Virus genome (UHGV): UHGV-0175408
Length of the DNA stretch: 21,394 nt
Strand: one strand, 5' to 3'
From: a virus
The notes under the pieces are model-generated. The model had not been told where the DNA came from and ran no database searches. It saw only the letters and a program-made list of their open reading frames with translations. This document shows positions 17,258-21,394 of the stretch, one piece after another; the first letter of the stretch is position 1; each line of letters opens with the position of its first letter. The position numbers were made by a program, and so were the translations under genes.

Positions 17258-17446
17258 ATGAAAGAAAAACAACAGAACATAACACATAAAAAAGTAAGAG
17301 TGTTGCTAACCATTGAAAATGGTGAAGTAATTTACTCAAAACATCTGTTGGATAATGAATTCGTTGGCTGCATGGATACATTTCTGTGGATGGCAAAAAG
17401 AGCTGGCTACACGATTATTCCACCAGCAAAGGAGCAAACATTATGA
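17258..17446 (+). CDS. Hypothetical small protein
   Basis: 62-aa ORF with GGGAGA ribosome-binding site; stop overlaps the next start. Confidence 0.5.
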   Translation: MKEKQQNITHKKVRVLLTIENGEVIYSKHLLDNEFVGCMDTFLWMAKRAGYTIIPPAKEQTL

Positions 17447-18024
17447 ATCATTCAGAGTTCCGACCAGAAGTTACGCCACATGGCATAAAAATTGGCAATA
17501 CAACCATTGATTATGTTGAGGCCGTACAGCGGCTTAATGATGGTGAATACGATAATCCATACTGGCACGGGTTAAGAATCATGCAATGTATTGCAGAAGC
17601 TGATGATGCCGGACTGCTGGGCAAATTTTCAGTCGATATGAAGGTTGCCCAGTGGCGCTGGCTATATGTAGCGAAATTTATCAGTGAAGTGGAAGACAAG
17701 AACGGCACCATTGATATCCCTAACGATAACGGAACTACAGATCGCGCAGTTATTTATAAGGGGAAGCATGGTTGCATGAGTATATACCCAGGACCACTTC
17801 GCATTGCCCTGCAAAACCATGTCGAATGGGGATTTATTGAAAAATATGGTGAAGCTGAAGGCATGGGGCGAGTTCTGTTTCTCTATCAAAAAATGCTCAT
17901 CGCAGATCCTAATAATGGTTTCATTGTCTCTGCTATGGGGCGCGAAGGGCTTGAACTCCTTCTGGATGAAATGATTCACGATCTGAATACTCATGGTATG
18001 CCAGAAGCGCCAGTGACACATTAA
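17443..18024 (+). CDS. Hypothetical protein
   Basis: Start taken at the ATG (MNHSEFRPE...) preceded by AAGGAG; 193 aa; no recognisable motifs. Confidence 0.55.
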   Translation: MNHSEFRPEVTPHGIKIGNTTIDYVEAVQRLNDGEYDNPYWHGLRIMQCIAEADDAGLLGKFSVDMKVAQWRWLYVAKFISEVEDKNGTIDIPNDNGTTDRAVIYKGKHGCMSIYPGPLRIALQNHVEWGFIEKYGEAEGMGRVLFLYQKMLIADPNNGFIVSAMGREGLELLLDEMIHDLNTHGMPEAPVTH

Positions 18025-18200
18025 ATATTAAGAAGAATATAATTCTTCCGTTTTTTACTAACCGTTTATATGAAAAGCAACCGTGAATTAAGCAGAGTAA
18101 AACTGCTTTTAATCCTTGCCACAGTACTGACACTAACAGAAATCATTATTCTCTTTATTGCGCTGTCAGTCAGTTAAAAATATCGGGATGCAACAAACCA

Positions 18201-18389
18201 ATGAGATTGTATTTCAGAATAGTAATTTTACTGGCAATTATCGCATGCATTTACGGACTACTCGTCCCGTTCCTTATATCCATGAAGGATACGGTAGCAG
18301 TCATTTCCGGCTTTGCACTGGCGTTTCTGACCCCGCCCTGCATTTATGCCATTTACAAGGGTCTTTCTTTCACTAAGGGTAAAAGATGA
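18201..18389 (+). CDS. Small two-TM membrane protein, coupled to the downstream SPFH lipoprotein
   Basis: 62-aa hydrophobic ORF; stop overlaps the lipoprotein start (ATGA); an alternative overlapping frame (18158..18376) is less protein-like. Confidence 0.5.
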   Translation: MRLYFRIVILLAIIACIYGLLVPFLISMKDTVAVISGFALAFLTPPCIYAIYKGLSFTKGKR

Positions 18390-19213
18390 AAAAAGTTATT
18401 TTTGCTTTAGCCATTGTTCTTCCGACCATTGGCCTTGTCGGTTGCGATCGCGTTGAACCAGGTAATGTTGGCATCAAGGTAAATAAACTGGGCGACGACA
18501 AAGGCGTCGGTGAAGTGGTTGGCGTTGGCCGCTACTGGACCGGCTGGAATACTGAAGTTTACATCTTCCCGACCTTCAAACAAATGAAGACCTACGATGA
18601 ACCGTTCAGTTTCCAGATGAGTGACGGTACAACCATCGGCTATCACATCGGCGTGGCCTACAAAGTTGACCCATCCAAAGTTACCACGGTGTTTCAGACC
18701 TACCGCAAAGGCGTGGATGACATTACCGACACCGACCTGCGTCAAAAGATCGCCGACGCACTCAATCGACTGGCCAGCAAAATGACCACCGACAAATTTA
18801 TCGACGGCGGCAAGTCTGAACTGCTGGATGCAGCTCTTAAAGACATTCAGGCAGAAATGACGCCCATCGGTATTCAGGTAATGAGCCTCTCATATGTGGG
18901 TAAGCCGGAGTACCCGCCAACCGTTATCGACAGCATTAATGCCAAAGTCACGGCGAACCAGAAAACACTGCAGCGCGAGCAGGAAGTTAAACAGCGCGAA
19001 GCGGAAGCCAACATGTTGCGCGCGGAAGCTGCCGGACAGGCTGATGCGATTCGCACAAAAGCCCAGGCTGAAGCCGATGCTATTCGTTTACGCGGTGAAG
19101 CTCTGCGCCAGAACCCCGGTGTTATGGAGCTGGAAGCCATCAATAAATGGAACGGCACACTGCCGCAATACATGACCAGCGGCGCCAGTACACCATTTAT
19201 CCAGGTTAAATAA
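18386..19213 (+). CDS. SPFH/Band-7 (stomatin/prohibitin/HflKC-like) domain lipoprotein, predicted inner-membrane anchored
   Basis: 275-aa ORF; signal peptide with lipobox LVGC followed by Asp at +2 (inner-membrane retention); central SPFH-like region; Ala/Glu/Gln-rich coiled-coil C-terminus (REQEVKQREAEANMLRAEAAGQADAIRTKAQAEADAIRLRGEA) resembling HflK/HflC tails. Confidence 0.7.
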   Translation: MKKVIFALAIVLPTIGLVGCDRVEPGNVGIKVNKLGDDKGVGEVVGVGRYWTGWNTEVYIFPTFKQMKTYDEPFSFQMSDGTTIGYHIGVAYKVDPSKVTTVFQTYRKGVDDITDTDLRQKIADALNRLASKMTTDKFIDGGKSELLDAALKDIQAEMTPIGIQVMSLSYVGKPEYPPTVIDSINAKVTANQKTLQREQEVKQREAEANMLRAEAAGQADAIRTKAQAEADAIRLRGEALRQNPGVMELEAINKWNGTLPQYMTSGASTPFIQVK

Positions 19214-19253
19214 CTTATATGCCCGGCGACCTGCCGGGCTAAGGGAAAAGCAG

Positions 19254-19625
19254 ATGAACACCCATAATACCCAACCGCAAATAATGAACTATGATCCGAA
19301 TCTGACGTCATGCGGACGCATGGCAAAACAAACCGTTCGATTAACTTTCGGACTATGGGAATACCGCGAAACATTCGAAGTTACTGTCGGCGGCAATCTG
19401 ACCGGACTGGATGTTATCAGTTGCGCTATTGAAAGCCTGTACGCAACGCTGCCTTATGAAGAAGTCGAGGATGAGCGCACAGGGGAAACAGATATCATGG
19501 CCACCATTAATATTGGCGAACTGATATGTCAGGATGAAGACCTGTCCGGAGAACTCTGGCTTGCCGGGATGCTTATCTCAGCAGAAATTATCAGTATTGA
19601 ACCCGCTACAAACATACGGCTCTGA
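19254..19625 (+). CDS. Hypothetical protein
   Basis: 123-aa ORF with AAGGGAAAAG ribosome-binding site; acidic; no recognisable motifs. Confidence 0.5.
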   Translation: MNTHNTQPQIMNYDPNLTSCGRMAKQTVRLTFGLWEYRETFEVTVGGNLTGLDVISCAIESLYATLPYEEVEDERTGETDIMATINIGELICQDEDLSGELWLAGMLISAEIISIEPATNIRL

Positions 19626-19656
19626 AGTTCTCACTATTCAGAGAGCAGGAGAAAAA

Positions 19657-19899
19657 ATGTTCGCTTTGATTAATCAAGGGCAACTGTATACCGACAGTGC
19701 CGGTTACCCGATAAAAATTATTCGCTGCATAAACAACACTGTGTTGTACAGAAGAATGGATGGGCGAACACAATCTGTAAAAATAAGCGATTTTAATGAA
19801 TCGTTTGAACGGATAGATCACCAGGAATACCGACAAATTCTGGCAGAAACAGAGCTGGAAGCTCATCTGAAAAAATTACGAGCCATGAAAAGGAAATAG
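19657..19899 (+). CDS. Hypothetical small protein
   Basis: Start taken at the internal ATG (MFALINQ...) preceded by AGGAGA; 80 aa; the track ORF extends to 19534. Confidence 0.45.
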   Translation: MFALINQGQLYTDSAGYPIKIIRCINNTVLYRRMDGRTQSVKISDFNESFERIDHQEYRQILAETELEAHLKKLRAMKRK

Positions 19900-19902
19900 A
19901 GA

Positions 19903-20049
19903 ATGAATAAAGCATTTGAGCTATGGGTACGCCAGCGTTACGGCAATCGCTATGACCTGACGCGAGACGTTGACGGCTTCTACTGTCGTGAAGTTGTGAG
20001 GCGAATGTTTGAAGTGTGGTGCCACTGCCGTGGGCTGAATGTTGTGTGA
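19903..20049 (+). CDS. Possible small ORF (48 aa) upstream of xis
   Basis: ATG with AAGGAAA upstream; MNKAFELWVRQRYGNRYDLTRDVDGFYCREVVRRMFEVWCHCRGLNVV; below the ORF-track size cutoff. Confidence 0.3.
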   Translation: MNKAFELWVRQRYGNRYDLTRDVDGFYCREVVRRMFEVWCHCRGLNVV

Positions 20050-20057
20050 GGTGAACT

Positions 20058-20267
20058 GTGGGGCTGGATTGCGTACCTATATCAACCTACTGCCGCAACG
20101 CAGGAGAAACGGTTGATGCCGTTAACAAACGGATACAAAGAGGAATATGGAAAGAAGGGGTACATGTATTAAAAGTCGACGGAGTTAAAGAACGTTGGGT
20201 CGACTTAATGGAGATTACAAAATGGGCAAGAAAGAACAAGGATCATTATCTCTCCCTAGAGGAGTAA
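20058..20267 (+). CDS. xis: Excisionase (Xis-like winged-helix protein)
   Basis: 69-aa ORF immediately upstream of and overlapping int; ...ETVDAVNKRIQRGIW...VLKVDGVKERWVDL resembles the lambda/HK022 Xis fold signature; GTG start. Confidence 0.6.
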   Translation: MGLDCVPISTYCRNAGETVDAVNKRIQRGIWKEGVHVLKVDGVKERWVDLMEITKWARKNKDHYLSLEE

Positions 20268-21394
20268 CTATTCGGCAGCATAAAACTGGCAGCACTCTGG
20301 TTATCACTTTTACATATAAAGGGGTTCTGTGTCGGGAGCCCCTCTCCAGAATGGAAGTAAACGCGCGCGGTGTGAAGTACGCCGAGCGTCTGCTGGGAGA
20401 AATAAAAAATCAGATTATCGATGGTACCTTCGAATATGCAAAATACTTCCCCAACTCCCAAAAGCTGGAGTTGTTCGGGGGAGTGAAAAAAAACAAAAAT
20501 ATAAAATCTTATCTGGATGAATACCTGATTATCTGCCAGAACCGTAACCTGTCACCATCGACAATTAGAGGTTATGAAAAATGCTTGTCGGCGCTGTCAG
20601 CATTGCATAAATTTCATGTATCAGAACTGACACCTGCTGTACTAAAAAACTGGATCGCCAGCAGAAAAACAAAACTGAAAACGATCCGCAATAATCTTTC
20701 GTTTCTGCGCAGCGCCATAGATGAAGCGGTGACCGATGGTTTGTTAACAATAAATCCTGTCACGCTAGTCAGCGCCAGCCGGTATCACGTATTGGACAAC
20801 ACACCAGGCAGTGGTGATTACGAGGTCGATCCCTTTACACCAGCGGAGACGGCAGCAATCTATGACGCCTGTCATTACCCGGAATGGCGAAATCTGTTTC
20901 GCTTTGCCTTTAATACTGGACTGCGTAGCTCAGAATTGTGCGCGTTGCGCTGGACGGATATAGACTTTATCGGCAACACCGCGCATGTTCAGACTGCAAG
21001 CGTAGTCGGGGTAATCAAAAGCACCAAAACAAAAGCCGGCACCCGCAAAGTGCAACTGAACAGCGAAGCGCTGGCAGCTCTTCAGGCACAAAAGCCCTAC
21101 ACGGCGCTAAAGAGCGACTTCATATTCAGCGATCCGAAAACTCGCGCCCCTTGGGCAAACGCAGATGCGATCCGAAAAAAAGCCTGGGTACCAACCCTTA
21201 AAAAAGCTGGTGTACGCTATCGCAATCCGTACCAGACACGCCACACGTTCGCCACTCGGCACATTAGCCAGGGCGTTAACCTGTTCTGGCTTGCTGGTCA
21301 GATGGGGCATAAAGGACCGGAAATGCTGTTCAGACATTACGGCTCTTACCTTGCAGAATACGATGGAAAAACGGCGATTTCTGCAACCCCGTAA
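20222..21394 (+). CDS. int: Tyrosine integrase (phage integrase with N-terminal arm-binding domain)
   Basis: Start taken at the ATG (MGKKEQGSLSLPRGV...) preceded by GGAG; catalytic-domain residues near the C-terminus (R...HTFATRHISQG...LAGQMGH...Y); last gene before the window edge; the track starts at a TTG at 20195. Confidence 0.85.
   Translation: MGKKEQGSLSLPRGVTIRQHKTGSTLVITFTYKGVLCREPLSRMEVNARGVKYAERLLGEIKNQIIDGTFEYAKYFPNSQKLELFGGVKKNKNIKSYLDEYLIICQNRNLSPSTIRGYEKCLSALSALHKFHVSELTPAVLKNWIASRKTKLKTIRNNLSFLRSAIDEAVTDGLLTINPVTLVSASRYHVLDNTPGSGDYEVDPFTPAETAAIYDACHYPEWRNLFRFAFNTGLRSSELCALRWTDIDFIGNTAHVQTASVVGVIKSTKTKAGTRKVQLNSEALAALQAQKPYTALKSDFIFSDPKTRAPWANADAIRKKAWVPTLKKAGVRYRNPYQTRHTFATRHISQGVNLFWLAGQMGHKGPEMLFRHYGSYLAEYDGKTAISATP

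Noticed and set aside
18158-18376. Alternative 72-aa ORF overlapping the small membrane protein gene in another frame
   Set aside because: The overlapping frame 18201..18389 is more protein-like (two TM helices) and is coupled to the downstream lipoprotein; only one of the two is likely real.
21300-21394. Search for attachment site (attR/attL) and host flank
   Set aside because: The integrase gene runs to the window edge and the left edge is still inside phage late genes, so both prophage ends are outside the window; no att core could be identified.

Overview
The window is about 21 kb of an integrated lambdoid (lambda/HK97-like mosaic) prophage in an enterobacterial, E. coli-like background. 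All calls rest on reading the six-frame translations and the raw sequence; no database search was run. Minus strand, left to right: terminase large and small subunits, an HNH endonuclease, a lysis cassette whose M15-peptidase endolysin carries an in-frame TAG, two tRNA-like genes, an orphan N6-adenine DNA methyltransferase, a Q-type antiterminator, a replication module (O-like initiator with internal iterons, DnaC-like loader, DnaB-like helicase), a Rha-family regulator and a Cro-like protein. Plus strand: an intact NmpC/Lc-type porin, a CI-like S24 repressor, then an early-left accessory operon of about nine genes of unknown function, followed by xis and int at the right edge. The att site lies outside the window. 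No N, CII or CIII homologue was recognised. The most interesting candidates are a small membrane protein plus SPFH-domain inner-membrane lipoprotein pair, the wider uncharacterised cluster between cI and xis, and a frame-disrupted moron between cro and rha.
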